This document shows positions 1 through 13,765 of a stretch of DNA of 64,000 nucleotides, in pieces. A program made the position numbers and the translations under genes. Each line of letters opens with the position of its first letter. Within the stretch, counting starts at the first letter, position 1. The notes below the pieces were generated by a model. It ran no database searches, was not told where the DNA came from, and saw nothing but the letters and a program-made list of their open reading frames with translations. This stretch comes from Owenia fusiformis (taxonomy: Eukaryota): NCBI GenBank assembly GCA_903813345.2, contig CAIIXF020000001.1, forward strand, positions 15,748,001 through 15,812,000, read 5' to 3'.

Positions 1-375
1 CAGTGTAAAATATACTCATATTATCTCATGTTGCAGCGAGTGATGGGGTGGTGGAATGATCCAATGCTGTGTAAAATGTACTCATATTATCTCAGGTTGC
101 AGCGAGTGATGGGGTGGTGGAATGATCCAATGCTGTGTAAAATGTACTCATATTATCTCAGGTTGAAGCGAGTGATGGGGTGGTGGAATGATCGAGTGCT
201 GTGTAAAATGTACACATATTATCTCCGGTTGCGACGAGTGATGGGGAAGTGGAATGATCGAGTGCTATGTAAAATGTACTCATATTATCCCAGCCTGTGG
301 CGAGTGATGACTGGGGGAATGATTGAGTTCTGTGTAAAATGTACTAATATTGCCTCAGGTTGTGGCGATGATGGG
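1..375. repeat. 66-bp tandem minisatellite, ~5-6 copies, decaying rightwards and probably continuing left of the window
   Basis: Unit gtgtaaaatgtactcatattatctcaggttgcagcgagtgatggggtggtggaatgatccaatgct recurs with 66-bp period (ccaatgctgt at 61 and 127); explains the 22-aa repeat in ORF 28..402. Confidence 0.95.
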
Positions 376-1663
376 ATGGAGAAATGCTTGACTGCCGCTT
401 AGCCTAAACATCATTAGATATTATGGCCTTTTGTTAGCTTTTTCTAGTTGAAGGCAGAAAGAGGTGATGAGTTACAGAATTTAGCCTAAAGGTGCGAGGG
501 AGATTTCGATGTGTGCAACCCCAAAATAGAATTTATGAACTCCACAATTTAATTTACAAATATCGATATAAAACCATATTTGAAAAGTCTTCGACAAAAT
601 AATTTGCGATAGGCGAAATCAAATCGGACTATCAAGGCCATGAATAATTTGTCAAACCGGTCAACAACTTATACACACTGAAGGTCAATGGTACTTAGCA
701 GTGAATCTTATTTTTCTCAGGAAAATAAGTTTTAGGCTTGAGCAAGATCTAACCTTGACCAAATGTTGCTATGTTTGATCTCCACAAACGACAGGCTAAT
801 TTGCCTCTTTGTGTTAGTGGAATTTAATAAGCCTGGCCTTGTTTCCATCTTGCTTGTATGCCTCTTAGAATCTGACATGTTCTAAAGCGTTCCATCAGAA
901 GTTTCATAGATCATTAATGATCTAGTATGCTAAAAGGACTCAATTTGAATTTCTAACAAATCCCTAACGACATTAGTATGCTATATCCATGCCGCTATAA
1001 GCTTCTCTAATCTGGGTAAATGTAAAGTAATTTTGGAGGAGCATGGTAATGAAGTCAATGTTTTAGCACTGTAATAGTCAGGCTGTAATCAACGATGACA
1101 CTTGTTTCATTTCAAACGTTCTAGACTGTCGTTTTAGACTGTTGAAAGAGTTTGAGCACAGACGTGACCGACCACTAACGAATCTAGCTTTCTAGCCGAC
1201 TGAGTTACAAAGACATTACATTTCATGGGTTGTGCGCCCGTCGTATAATAGGAAACCATGTACAGTATTAAAACGTAATTAGAAACATGAACGTTTGGAA
1301 AGCTCAACCGGTCAAAGTATCGAACTACGAAATTAATACGAATGCATAAAGGATCAGTGTTAAATGAATCCCTCCCCACAAGTTAACAATCATAACTTCC
1401 CAAAGTAACTTAGGTCCAGACATTTCAACCGTATATACTGAAGTGATGGTAGAAGAAGAATACAAATAAAGGAATTCCATTAATGAAACAAAAATAGTAT
1501 GAATATATATATAGTTCCAAAATATGTTGGTTTAGTACGAGCTAGCTCAAGTCAAATGATGTGGGATAGACAAAATCAAATGGTCAATATCAAACCTAAC
1601 GCCGCCACCAAAACTCACAATAAACATTTAGTCACATTTAGTCACTAAAGGCAGATAGTTTGG

Positions 1664-1800
1664 CACAAGTGGCAAAGTTGCTATTAAATAGACAACAATT
1701 GTCCAAGATCAAAGAATTCATTAATTCGTAGTTTAACACAAGTGACAAAGTTGCTATTAAATAGACAAAAGTTGAAATTCCAAGAATTCATTAATTCGTA
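1664..1800. repeat. Short tandem duplication (~70 bp x2)
   Basis: cacaagtg(g/a)caaagttgctattaaatagacaa...aagaattcattaattcgta occurs twice in direct orientation. Confidence 0.8.
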
Positions 1801-3946
1801 TCGTGAAGAGGCGGCGTGTGATTTTGATCCGTTGCATCCTTTCTACTAAAAGCACGAGGCAGACAAGTTACATTGCCCTCAGAATTGGCTAAGCACGAAC
1901 TTGATGAAGATTGTCTAGCTCTAAGCAGTATTATTTATAAAAGATCCCCTCATTCAGCTTGCATCATTAAGAATATATTAGTTCACCCCGAACTTTACGT
2001 GAACGGTACTTTTGTGTCATAACATTACGACTATGGAGAACTCTCTTGAACTGAAGCTATCATTTTGATCACGTGATCAGAACAGACCAATGAGATTATT
2101 TTATGATTAATGTACTGAATCTGAAAGTGAGCTTGAAGGAATCAATGAACAATTATGATAAATGATGATGTTGCATTTTTTATCTTGGGTATTGTACATA
2201 ATTGTGCAAACAATATCTGGACCATTCTAAAAAGGAATTTGCGCACTTCATATGAAATACACCTTTTCACGAGAGGGTAAATGAAGTTCCATTTAATTTT
2301 CTAATGCTTTGGAAATTCAAAAATTTAGGCCTTTTTGCATGCTAGGAAAAAGCTTGATTAACATTTGACGGTTATATCAAATGCCAGACCATAATTTTAT
2401 AATGTCCCTGTTTCTATTAAAGAATAATCATTTGCAATACTTTGGATCCAGTTGGAATCCAGTTTTGCGTCAAGTAAATGTAAAAAATGCTGTTATGAAA
2501 GAAAAAGAAGTTTGGAAATTGAACACTTTGTCCGAATAATTTTAGGAAAGTTATGACGCTATGGGGTATCGTTAACTATGCTTATTTTCGTCGATAACTA
2601 TTTATCATTCTAAAAGTTTCCCAAGAAACTAGTCGATCAAATGAGTTGAGTTTGATTTTCAACATCATTAAGGGAACGCTTGAACAAAAAATTCCATTCC
2701 TAGTAGTCTTAATAAAACATTTTAAGAAACTAAGAAAATTATTAAATCCTTTGCTAATTAAGTAATGGACTTTGCTTCATTAATAGGTTCTAGAAAGAAA
2801 GGATTCTTTCCGAAAGCTATTCTTTGCACATATCGCTTTTTAATGCTTTTTAGTGTTAATGATACTATGTTCCTTTAACATTTAGCAAATATGATGTTTC
2901 TTATACTGCCTTGTGAATAAGTAATCAAATGAACAGATAACATCTAGCTCTACTGCACAGGAAATGTTAAACATTACATCGTGAAAGATGAGATAAAAAG
3001 GGTGTTCTATATATTACTTTAGATGTCGAAGCAGCACCTTGTAATCCCCCGATACAACTCACATTGAAGCAAATTACGCCGTTATAACCTAATTTTCAGA
3101 ATGGCGAACAGAAATATTTATGGGAGTCATTTTCAAAGAAGGTTTTCGATTAGCAAAGATAATTGCTTTGTCTTCTAAATATATTAGCCGGGTGATAATA
3201 AATGGATCTAGGAATTTTCTTTCAATCTCGTTTCCATGTCCTCATGCAGTCTACTCACTCGCAAATGACAACTAAATATTCGTAGTCCCAAATTATGTTC
3301 AAATTTGTTTACTGATCATGGAGAATGCAACATTATGTCTAAACTCTTATTCTAAGACATGGCAAGGTAAGAACTAATATAATTGAGTGTATTGTGAAAC
3401 CATTCACTTTTGCCATTTCATTTGGGATGGTATGGGATTATAGTTATAACGTGTAAAATAATTACAAATGGAATTAAGATATGGGGAGTATAGACCATGT
3501 CTGGGTAATAAAGAACAAACCCATTGATATTTCATTAGGTAAAGGATTACAAGGGGCTGGACAATCTTGATATTTTTTCAAAATCATAAAATGATTTGGG
3601 AAATATCGAAATGAGTTCAATTAACCAAGTAACTTTGAGGAATATTAGTAATATGTAAAAAAAAGACTTGACATATACCTACCCTCCCACCGAATATAAA
3701 GAACCCTTACCAAACAGCTTGTTTCAGAACACAGTAGTACATGTATGTTCAATCTTTTTCGATGGGTGTGATATTGGTTATTAGTATTTTAATTGAGGAT
3801 GGTATACATGTAAGTTATAGGAATTATATATGTTTCAAAACAGTATTGTCATTTGACTCTCGATTTAATCATTTCAGTAGGGATGGTAAGGGTACTTATG
3901 GCAATTATTATGTTTCATTAAATGTCTTGCAATCAACATCGAGTAT

Positions 3947-4809
3947 CACCCCATGCAGACAGATCGCCTGAAATTACATTCGTATGATCTGAGACTCGAC
4001 ATTCATCATGAAAGTAGAAACATTTTGTCACCAATGAAGCATGCTTAATAAATGGTCAAGGACAGTTATATTGAGTTCTATAAGTATGAGAATATCATGT
4101 CGTTTTGATATATTTGGAATATTTGTAGATTTCTTTGAAAAACTAAGAAATATACATCTCATATTGAATTTTTTAAAACAGAAAAGAACATGTATAAGTA
4201 GTCAGGCACGTAGGACCGATTCCCCCTGGTAGCATTAACATTGGTCTCGTATAATATAAGTCATACAATTAACATTTGAAACCCAACTATTATTTCAACT
4301 TATGATCGGACATAAGTATGATGTGTACTTCAATGTAATATTAATAAAGGAACATCATACTTATGCCCGATCATAAGTTCGAATGATAGTTGTATTTCAA
4401 ATATTAATTGTATGACATGTATGGGACCAATGTTAAATGCTACCAGGGAGAATCTGACCTGCAGGCCTTACTTTTTACACATGTTTTGAAAAATTCGGTA
4501 TGTGATGTATATTTCTTAGTTTTTCAAAGAAATCTACAAATGCTTCATTACGGCTTTATCTTTACATCGTAATTTCGATCACCGTCATCACTTTTCGAAC
4601 GAGTTACCTTGAAATATCAAGACGTCATGTTATTCTCATACTTATGGAACTCAATATAAATGTCCTTGACCATTTACCATTTATCATTGGACCATTTAGC
4701 AGTAAAAAATGATTTTCTTCATGGGTGACAAAATGTTTCTACTTTCCTGGTGAATGTCGAGTCTCGCATCATATGAATGTACTTTTAGGCGATCTGTCTG
4801 CATGGGGTG
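3947..4809. mobile_element. Non-autonomous palindromic DNA transposon with CAC...GTG ends and 5-bp TSD (Transib-like signature)
   Basis: Left end CACCCCATGCAGACAGATCGCCT is the reverse complement of right end AGGCGATCTGTCTGCATGGGGTG; arms pair inward to a centre near 4335; AGTAT flanks both sides (3942-3946, 4810-4814). Confidence 0.85.
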
Positions 4810-7050
4810 AGTATAGGTTTTCGATGGATGTTCAATAATATTTTTCAAGGATCACTTTTTATGATCTATCGCACTCGCGTACATACGACAATGGACTTAC
4901 AATTCATCAACTACATGTTATGACTGAGTATCGTTGTCAATCTGAAAATCTCGCGTATGAAATGAAAACGAATTTGGTTAAAATGTAACTACAAGTCAAC
5001 TCCCCATTAAGTGCATTGCACTGGTCTTTAATTAAAAGGCTAAAGTTCTCCCTAACTTTCCAATGTATTTCACATTATTTAAAGAGCTCTTCAAAACACG
5101 TATTCTCAAAGATTGCGACAAAGGAGCTAACTTTTGAGCAGGTGTGATAAGATCATGTGATCATTTAGATCGTGTTGATTGGACAATATGACCAGTAGGA
5201 ATTTGAAGACTGTCGGGTAAATATAATATAAGTACAGGGGTGAAGTAGAGAGTGAAGGTAACCTTAGAGATATTCAAGAAGAAAATATAGCCAGATTACT
5301 ATTATCAGTAGCAAGGTGTTTTCTACGATATTTTCCTGGACTTGATCCGTAGACAGTTGATGTTGCACATACTCATCAATTTTCCTTCGATTTTATTGGA
5401 GAAGCCCAACAGCGTCAAGTATCATCAAGTATTTTTCACGTTTGAGATATGTCCTGTTGTAACATTCACGTCTTTATATTAGCAGAATCTATATTCCTGT
5501 GAGATATTGCGTCTCGTTTCATTTGAATTTTCAGTCATCCAAATAGGACTATTCTAGAGCTCCTGGGACTAGGGGAAGATTTATTGCAGGCGTTCTGATC
5601 ATTATGAGAATGGCATCGTTTTGTCATATAGATTGAGTTCCATACTTTGGAACGGGGTTGAGTCAAGTAAGAATAAAGGGGGCAATTCATCAAATATCCA
5701 ATACATTTATGTCGATATTTTCCAAATGGGCTTTGGATACTTGAAAATAAAAATTTCTAACACATTCGGTAGAATGGTTGTTTCAATGGCCACATTGATA
5801 AAAATTATAATTTAAGTGATACATTTATGTTTATTATGCCATACCATGGATCTTTTTCTTTTAGATAACTATGTCGAATAAATATCAAATATTAAAAACA
5901 TGGCCATGATTAAAAGAGACACTGGTAAAAGGCTACCCGCGATCTCAATGCTTTATAACCCGTAGACTAGTTATTTAATGAATTATTCAAACTAATACTA
6001 TAATCGAGAGTTCTGGATCTATAACATTATATTGGTTCACCTGTACTTGTCAAGAAACACCTGTTGCAGGTATACCGTATTCATTACCCATAAACATTGT
6101 GTAGTTCTATACAAAATGTTTCCAATAATCAGGGGATACGTGTTATACCTTGTTTTGACTTTTAAACTATATCAACACTAAGCATCTAATTGAACAATTG
6201 ATATATCGACGACTTTACTGTGTTGAATCAATATGTCAAAAATTTTGAAAATGAGACTCGTGCGATCGCGATTTAAACATACATTTTTTTGTTCCGTCAT
6301 CGGGACTTGGGTTTATTCGAATTGTTTACTTTTGTAAGAAGAGGATCTTGTCGGTCAATTAGAATTTCAACAAAATCCTTTCCAGGAATCGATATCAAAA
6401 GAGATTTCGGCGTCAACATACATTTAAAATATAAATTTAAGGATGTCAGAGTTAACCTTTGCGAAACATTTTGTATTTCCTCCATTGAAGTGATTGCACA
6501 GTGACAATCAGAAGGATAGCTATCCTGTAGGCTTATACATTAGTTTGCTGCTTATCATGGTTACTAACCTTTTCAAGCAAATGTTATTAAATTCGAATGG
6601 TTTGTATGAATTATTACCTGATGCAACATGTATACCAAACTAATATGCGGGTTTCTAAAATATTAATATCAATGGAATGATGCATCAGAGGCTATATCCA
6701 TCTACGTTCATATTCAATATCTAAACGAGCTCTGTCTGCATTTATAACTTTCCAAACGTATTCATTAGGAGATTAATGCCACCGTGACAATCCTCTGAAC
6801 AAATATTATAACAATGAATTAGTAAATTACACGTATGTATTTGATATATTGTTATGGGGACTAGCTATAGTGAGAACAGTCCCTGGGGTGCGGTTTGGAT
6901 ATTGCAGTAATTAGAGCTAGTGCATCTCTACAGGCACCTAATACATGATATTCGAGTATAGCTTTTTGTGAATCAGAGGCAACATATCCCAATGGTAGTA
7001 ACAAATTAGGAAAGTGAAAATCAAAATTGACAATATACCATGACAGTATA

Positions 7051-7586
7051 CAGGGTGTCAAATAAGTTCCGTCGCCCCTGATACAGCTGAAAACTTAATA
7101 TATGGTACCTAGTGTGATATACCATCGGAAAGATCAGAAATTACGCCCATTATGTCCTTGATAGTTAGCATGCCCTCCTTCAGCAGCTTTTATTGCGTCA
7201 AAATGAGAAGGATATGACCTTATCAATAATTCAAAATGTTAATCTTTTCTGCATGCCACTGTTGCCCCTCTATATGCTACACATCTAACCCTACCCACAA
7301 ATTGGTTAAATTTACTGCCAGCATCTATAAAATGTTGTCATCTTGAGTTCTTTTGACTTTTCTGATGCCTGATTTTTAAAATCCTGCTAAATATGCCAAA
7401 TTGCCATGTTTCTACGTGTATGTTGTCACCTCAGTTAATATAACGTAGCAATTTGTGACACTGATTGACATGTATCAGATATATCCGAATCAACGTAATC
7501 TTGGATGATCTTTCCAATGATATATCACACTTGGTACCATATATTTCGATTTTGGTTTTAGAGGACAGGACTTATTTGACACCCTG
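7051..7586. mobile_element. Tc1/mariner-type MITE
   Basis: TA|CAGGGTGTCAAATAAGT ... ACTTATTTGACACCCTG|TA; inverted similarity extends ~90 bp inward (atatatggtacc..gtgtgatata..ggaaagatc). Confidence 0.88.
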
Positions 7587-8010
7587 TACATTGTGAAATA
7601 TTGACTCTCTCTCGTGGGCGATCAAAATGAGCGTTCTGAATATAATTTATTTCTAACCGATCACATGACTGTTTTGTAGTGGATCATAAATATATATTTA
7701 CGTGTGTATTTTACATCTTGATGGTTGACTTCTGGGATCACATCATTTTCATATTTTTAGGGACTTTATATTCCACAGTAGGATTTTTTAAGGCCTTGAA
7801 AGGAATCAGGAAAGAAAATTCCCATACGTCAAACACTATGTCCCGTAAATCGTAATTCCGTATGCTTTGTTCGTCGCCGTAACCTTATAATTTAGGGCCC
7901 TTTATCAAATAGGGCATCTATAGCGGGGTATAAGATGCACCCCTAAGTCTTGACCTCAATAATATTGCATTCTTACGATTCTAATTTATTTTAATTCGAA
8001 ACATACTCAC

Positions 8011-10495
8011 CGACTGATGTATATATTATAACTATTATGACTGCAAGGAAAAGGCATACTCCAGTTGTAAGAAATATTACGTTAAGCACTTTTTTCAAAA
8101 TTGTATGACTCCTCTGTTGATGGTCGTTTTGAGCTTTCAGTTTGGCTTTTGCATCTTTAGAGTTTTGCAAGCGGTTATCATGAAGAAAATGAGTCAATTT
8201 TTTCAACACTGATGGGTTGTTTTTGTTGCGAACGTCAACCCTAGGAGAGGCAACTGGGCGAGGGTCCATATCCATGGTAACCGAGGTTTCATCCATTTGA
8301 ATTTCCATTGTCAGATTATTGTCTGTGTCCTGATTTTGAGTTTGATCATTCTCTGAAAGCAATCTTGTCACCTCTCCGCATGTTTCATCAACGGTATCGT
8401 TTTTATCACTATGTTGCAATTCAACACTTATTTTGCCTTCATGATTTGAACTGTCGTCTGCTTCTAATTTACACGCATGTGCAGATGATTCATTAGAGGC
8501 CGCTTCAACGATATCAATGTACGAATCTTCTTGTGATGATTTCGAGTCTTGTTTTCTCATTCCAGGCAATTTATTAGAAGGCAGCGCTTTGGGATTAATT
8601 ATAATGAATCTGTTTTGGTAATATATGACATTGCTTTTCCGACCTGTAGGAAGATATGTTGATTTTCTCCCGCTCCCCACCTGACCTCTATTAGTAACTC
8701 TATCAGTAGTTTTTCCATCGTCTGATAGATTTGTGTTTATTAGTGTTTTCTGAGCAGTTGTAGCGTTAGATGGCACCACCGTGCGGCTAATAGTTCGTTT
8801 TGTTTTTGCACCTTCTGACAAAGAACGAAGAAGAACAGCTCGCCCACGTTCTGAATTAGTGCTTGTTCTATTTATTAGCTTATCATCGACGCTACTCGCT
8901 CTAATGTATTCACCCTTTTGCCGGTTTACTAATAGATGAGCCTTATCGGTCCCATCAGTAGAAGCCTCAGACTCCACTGAATATTGGAGTCTTAGTGGAT
9001 CAATTGACTTTCTAGAAAAACCAAGTGTATCAGAAGGGCTACTTGGTTTATCACTTTCTCCGCTGTACCGACCGGAGTCAACCGATGACTGAGGTTTTAA
9101 GGAGCCATCATGGGCACTCGGGTCATTTGGTGCAAGGCTATCTTGTCTTAGCAGTTCTTTAGTGCTATCTGTTCCAACTTCAATATTAGGATGTTGTATA
9201 TCAGAACATTTATAAACTTCTTGGGGTGGGCTAATGGGTTGAAGTGTAGTAGTGGGAACTATTTCCAGTATACAGTCCTTGTTTAAGTCTGGCGTTGCAG
9301 ATGTACTTATACTAGGGAGAAGTGGGATATAAACATCATATAATTGAGACATATCTATCGAATCTTCAGTTATATCATCATATTTAGCAGAGCTTTTACT
9401 TTGAAATTCAGTTGTTCCATTAAGGGTTTCATCATCGTCATTTTCAGCTTCATAACAAGTTCTATTAAACGTGTTACATCTAATTCTGATATCTTTGGCA
9501 CTTTTTTGCTTGAGTAATTGTTTTTCATGGTTTGCTACTTTTGTGGTATTGTTTGGAGAATGTTTCTGTTGGTATGCGTTTGGTTTGGAATTAATCGAGT
9601 CGATGAATTTAGGGTCATGTTGACATTCTAACTCCTCCTCAAACGATTCCTCGTAAGACTTTGAATGGCAAGGTGTCTGCTGGTTTTGAAGTAATGATGT
9701 GGTCTCGTCGTCCTCATTTTGTTCATCTTCATCATTTTCTTCAACGTGACTATTAGTCTTGCTATGTTTATCGTCATGATCGAGTTTATCTGTCACATCA
9801 CGAGCACCGGGCTCTTTTTCATGATAATCAACCTTACATTCGTGATGGTCAACATTAATGTGTTTTTCTTCATGAAGTTCAACTTCAATAAGTTCATCGT
9901 TACGATGGTCATCATTTGTTAGTTCGGCCACAACAGTTTCACTTTCTTGTTTTTCAATTTTGCTATGATCCTCTATACTGTTGTCAACAACGTCATGTAC
10001 ACCTTCATGTTCAACACTTTCTACATGAACAACATGTTCTTTAGTCTCCTTATGATCAAGGTCTCTGTTTGCACCGAGAACAGCAATTGAATCATCGAAT
10101 TGACCATCATCATGTGTAACCTTCCCACCATCATCTTTAATGTTAAAATCTTCTCTAGCACAATCATATTTTACAATAGCATCTTCCACATCATCCTGGT
10201 AAACAGCTGCACCAGGTTCAACGACGTTTTCTTCATATTGTAACTCATTATAGTCTACTTTTAAAAACTTCGTTCCAACACTGCTTTTGCCTTTGGCGGA
10301 AGGGTATCTAAGGGCTGCGTAAAATATTGGTAGCACGATCTCTTTCTCGTCTGCGGGGACGATATCAGCTATATAATCCAAGAATGGCTGGGTCTCATCT
10401 GCCTCCTCCGACCCCTCGGCACTACATTCGTCCATGGTTACATCGTTCACAGGGCCTATTGATTCCGAACTTTTCTTGCAATTATCAATATCCAT
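8011..10495 (-). CDS. Large coding exon of an uncharacterised acidic, intrinsically disordered protein with a C-terminal transmembrane helix
   Basis: 839-codon open frame in AT-rich DNA; D/E/S/H-rich. Hydrophobic segment VLNVIFLTTGVCLFLAVIIVIIYTSV is followed by a consensus donor G|GTGAGT (exon ends 8011). First ATG at 10495; an acceptor near 10540 is an alternative start. Downstream exon not located. Confidence 0.8.
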
Positions 10496-11686
10496 TTTTA
10501 ATTTCTCCAAAGACCTAGACTTAGTGGTTTCAATATAAGCCTGCTATTCTCACATAATGTGTAACTATAGTACTTATTGGACTCAGCTGTCGCTAAAATA
10601 TTCGACTCCCACTCTTGCCTATGCTAGAGCATCATAGCTGATCCGGAATCATTTAGTGATTACACTAAGGTATAATATTTAGTTCCCTCGTCGACATACC
10701 TGGCGATTCATGACGCCCTGTTTTAAACAATGCATGGTTCTTAGCGATCATCAAAAATATTATTTGATTAAATATTCATGTTCATGCTACAACTCTGTGC
10801 AGATTACTTAGTAAGTGCTTCTTCTTCGAATTACCAATCACTGATTCACGTTATATACTATTACACGCCGCCATATTGCATGAATGCAAACGAGACAATC
10901 AGTGATTATAAAATCATATATCAGTACCATGTCTTCAATGTGTGTAGCCAACGGACACGCAGATTTACAGCTTCCTCGGAAATACATAGCTGGTAAGTCC
11001 TAACGTAATGAAAAGCCATTGCAATATATTGTTGATTGTGCAGTCTTGACGGATCAGGAATCATCCTCGGTTCATTGGGATCCGTACTAGTCTCCGATAG
11101 GACCTGACATTCTAATATACATCCCTTCGTCTGAAGTATATCATGAATACGGTCATCTTGCACTGTGACTTAACAATGCAGTGCACGAAGACTCCAATCC
11201 TTTCGGGATCTGCATCGATATAATAGATAAATCAATAACTGTTGATCTTAAAGATAAATATACTGATACAGTTTTAGTCATATCGTTCACAATTTATTAA
11301 TCCTGATGGCTTGACATCGTCCTATCAACGCTTAGAAATCGATTAAATAAGCAATAAGTATATCCACAAAGCCTCTCTATGCGTCTCCATGTGTTTTAGA
11401 TTTGTCAATCTGTAAATTCACCGACTTTTTATCCTACTAAAGTAATGGTCTTTGTTCATCAATTATACTCTCACAAATATTAGAACCTATAGATAAGTCC
11501 AAACTTGAATTGTTATGTCGGTCATATGTCGTTTGTCATGTTGAATACTGAAAATTGTAAAAAGACGACTGTAAGCGTATTTTATTGAGTACCACGTACT
11601 ACATTGGGCCATGATATTTACTTATATTTATACATTCATATACCCGTCTTATTCCTTGACACTTACCCCAGTATGGGATAATAGTA

Positions 11687-11762
11687 CATGGTGTCCATAA
11701 AGTTCTTTGCACTTTACACAGACCTTGTATTGGAACTGCAATGGGACTTTATGAACACCCTG
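11687..11762. mobile_element. Very short (76 bp) Tc1/mariner-type MITE remnant
   Basis: TA|CATGGTGTCCATAAAGT ... ACTTTATGAACACCCTG|TA. Confidence 0.65.
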
Positions 11763-11927
11763 TATATGCACCCCAGATCAGAGTGATATCGGTTATATTG
11801 TTATTATCAAGAATATGTGTAGAATGATACTGGTATCGTCTAACATAATGAGTCATATTGTTTGAATATAAAAGGAAGTTACTTTGATTATTTGCATATA
11901 CAAAATGTTAGTGAAATGACATCATGA

Positions 11928-11996
11928 TAAACCATGACATCTCATTTCTTCTCAGCCCTGAGATGTGAACCAGAAAGATGCTATGAGTATCGGAAT
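11928..11996 (+). repeat. Dispersed repeat fragment, copy 1 (copy 2 at 23541-23607)
   Basis: ataaaccatgacat...tttcttctcagccctg...cagaaagatgctatgagtatc(g/a)gaatg shared by both loci. Confidence 0.75.
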
Positions 11997-12042
11997 GTTG
12001 AAATGATTAAATTATCAATTCTAAAGATAAGTAATAAAACAT

Positions 12043-12149
12043 TCGTCTTGCTTCAAGACCCTGGACCCCCCCCCCTCTATCTACTTTTAGAACTGTTGGA
12101 AAGTAGATAAGGAGGGCTGGAGGGGGTCCAGGGTATTGAAGCTAGACTC
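12043..12149. mobile_element. 107-bp hairpin MITE with 9-bp TSD (Academ-like signature)
   Basis: Arms gtcttgcttcaagaccctggacccc..tctatctacttt / aaagtagataa..ggggtccagggtattgaagctagac; ATAAAACAT flanks both sides (12034-12042, 12150-12158). Confidence 0.7.
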
Positions 12150-12872
12150 ATAAAACATTCAATACACTGTCATGGTCCAACAATTAACTTTGCTTACAAT
12201 CTAATAAAAAGGTGATTTATTTGCTCAAAAAGAACGACTATCATTTTCACATTATGCACGGGTTTACGTGAGATGTTCTTTTTGGGCCTCCGTGAATCTC
12301 CATACAACCTTTTATTCAAGAATTGTATGACATCAGGGAAAATCTACACACATTTTTAAATCATAAATTACCCACTGCGGACGCCCAATGGTTGTGGTAC
12401 GCGATAAATTACTCTTACTCGAGATTCACCAGGTTGGCTTCGAATATATTGATCTCTCCTCGCCCTTCTTCTTACCTTGACAAGATGAGTTTCGAATCAT
12501 CAAACTTGAAAATTCGTAATCGAGCACTAACTTTGTACTTATTAGCAATTGTTGCACACGCTATCTACATTAGGTTTTATTCCCAAAACACGAGTTACGA
12601 GGTGTATAATACTACATCTAATATACTTTCTATATACTTCAGTAACAAATTGTAAAATTGCATTCTCTTCGATTCATGCGTACAATTCATATCCATATTT
12701 CATTTGGAATGTCATGCTCCCCAAGGCTCTATTATCGCCATGATCATTTCTCATTTTCGAACTGATGTTTATTTCTTGTTTGTTATTCGGTCGATCAGTG
12801 TTAACGTTACTGGACATAAGAAACACTACCTATATTATTAATGATGAGTTTTTTGAATGCTTGATTAATCTA

Positions 12873-13071
12873 CAGAGTGTTCAGTAAGTAATGACGTCAA
12901 CGCTTTCATTTTGATTACTAGTATGTTTACATTTCTGGGTATTTGTGATCATGTAGTTTGAAAAATGAAAATACAAACATCTCTACATGATCACTATGCT
13001 AAAAGATCTGGTATATTTATTTCAAATCGGACAAAATATAACCGCAGGGACATTACTTATTGAACACCCTA
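12873..13071. mobile_element. Tc1/mariner-type MITE (~200 bp)
   Basis: TA|CAGAGTGTTCAGTAAGTAATG ... CATTACTTATTGAACACCCTA|TA. Confidence 0.7.
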
Positions 13072-13533
13072 TATATGTTTGCTGACAAACGGAACTGACC
13101 GCAATACGAACATAGTCAGCAGAAACAGCTCCATCTATCCTCTATAATAAAATATACACGAAGTCCTGCGTCTTAGATTTTAATTTGGGATTAAAAATAT
13201 TTCCTCATCAGAAGCTACAATTGATATATATATATAATAATATTTTAACTTGTATTTTTGTAACCACTTGCCTGGTAGGATAGGCTAGTTACATTTCTTT
13301 GTGATTTCATTTGAAATTTGTCGTCATGTTGCTCGTAACAAGACGAAATGTGTGATTTGTACAATTTGCAAGCGACTTTGGCTATGATTGCTAAAATAAT
13401 GTTTGGAGTATTTCAAATCAATTGAAGGCAAAAGGTTAGATATACATCAATTCAGTTAATTTGACCGAATAGAAAATGTGATCGAAAAAGCCGCATATAA
13501 ATAATAAAGTTACCGTATATTTTAAAAACAGCA

Positions 13534-13765
13534 TTGCGGATAGATGGTGCTCACCAAAAACTCATAATCATAACGCGGATATTCAACCACGAAAACCAGC
13601 CAATCACTATTCAAGTTTTGCAGAGTTTGTTATTTGGTCTGCCTGCATTTGAAATCCGCAACTTATTTCAAATTCTAGTTACGATCACCAAGCGATCACT
13701 GAAAGGTCTCCAATTGATCCATGATTTCCCTAGCACAGTTCAGACTCTATAATAGACTGTTAAAA
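13534..13765 (+). mobile_element. Possible degenerate 3' end of a LINE ORF2
   Basis: Translation with one frameshift gives TKRSLKG...FPSTV/RLYNRLL, resembling the T.R...SF.P...RL.N terminus of CR1/L2/Rex-type ORF2; weak. Confidence 0.3.
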
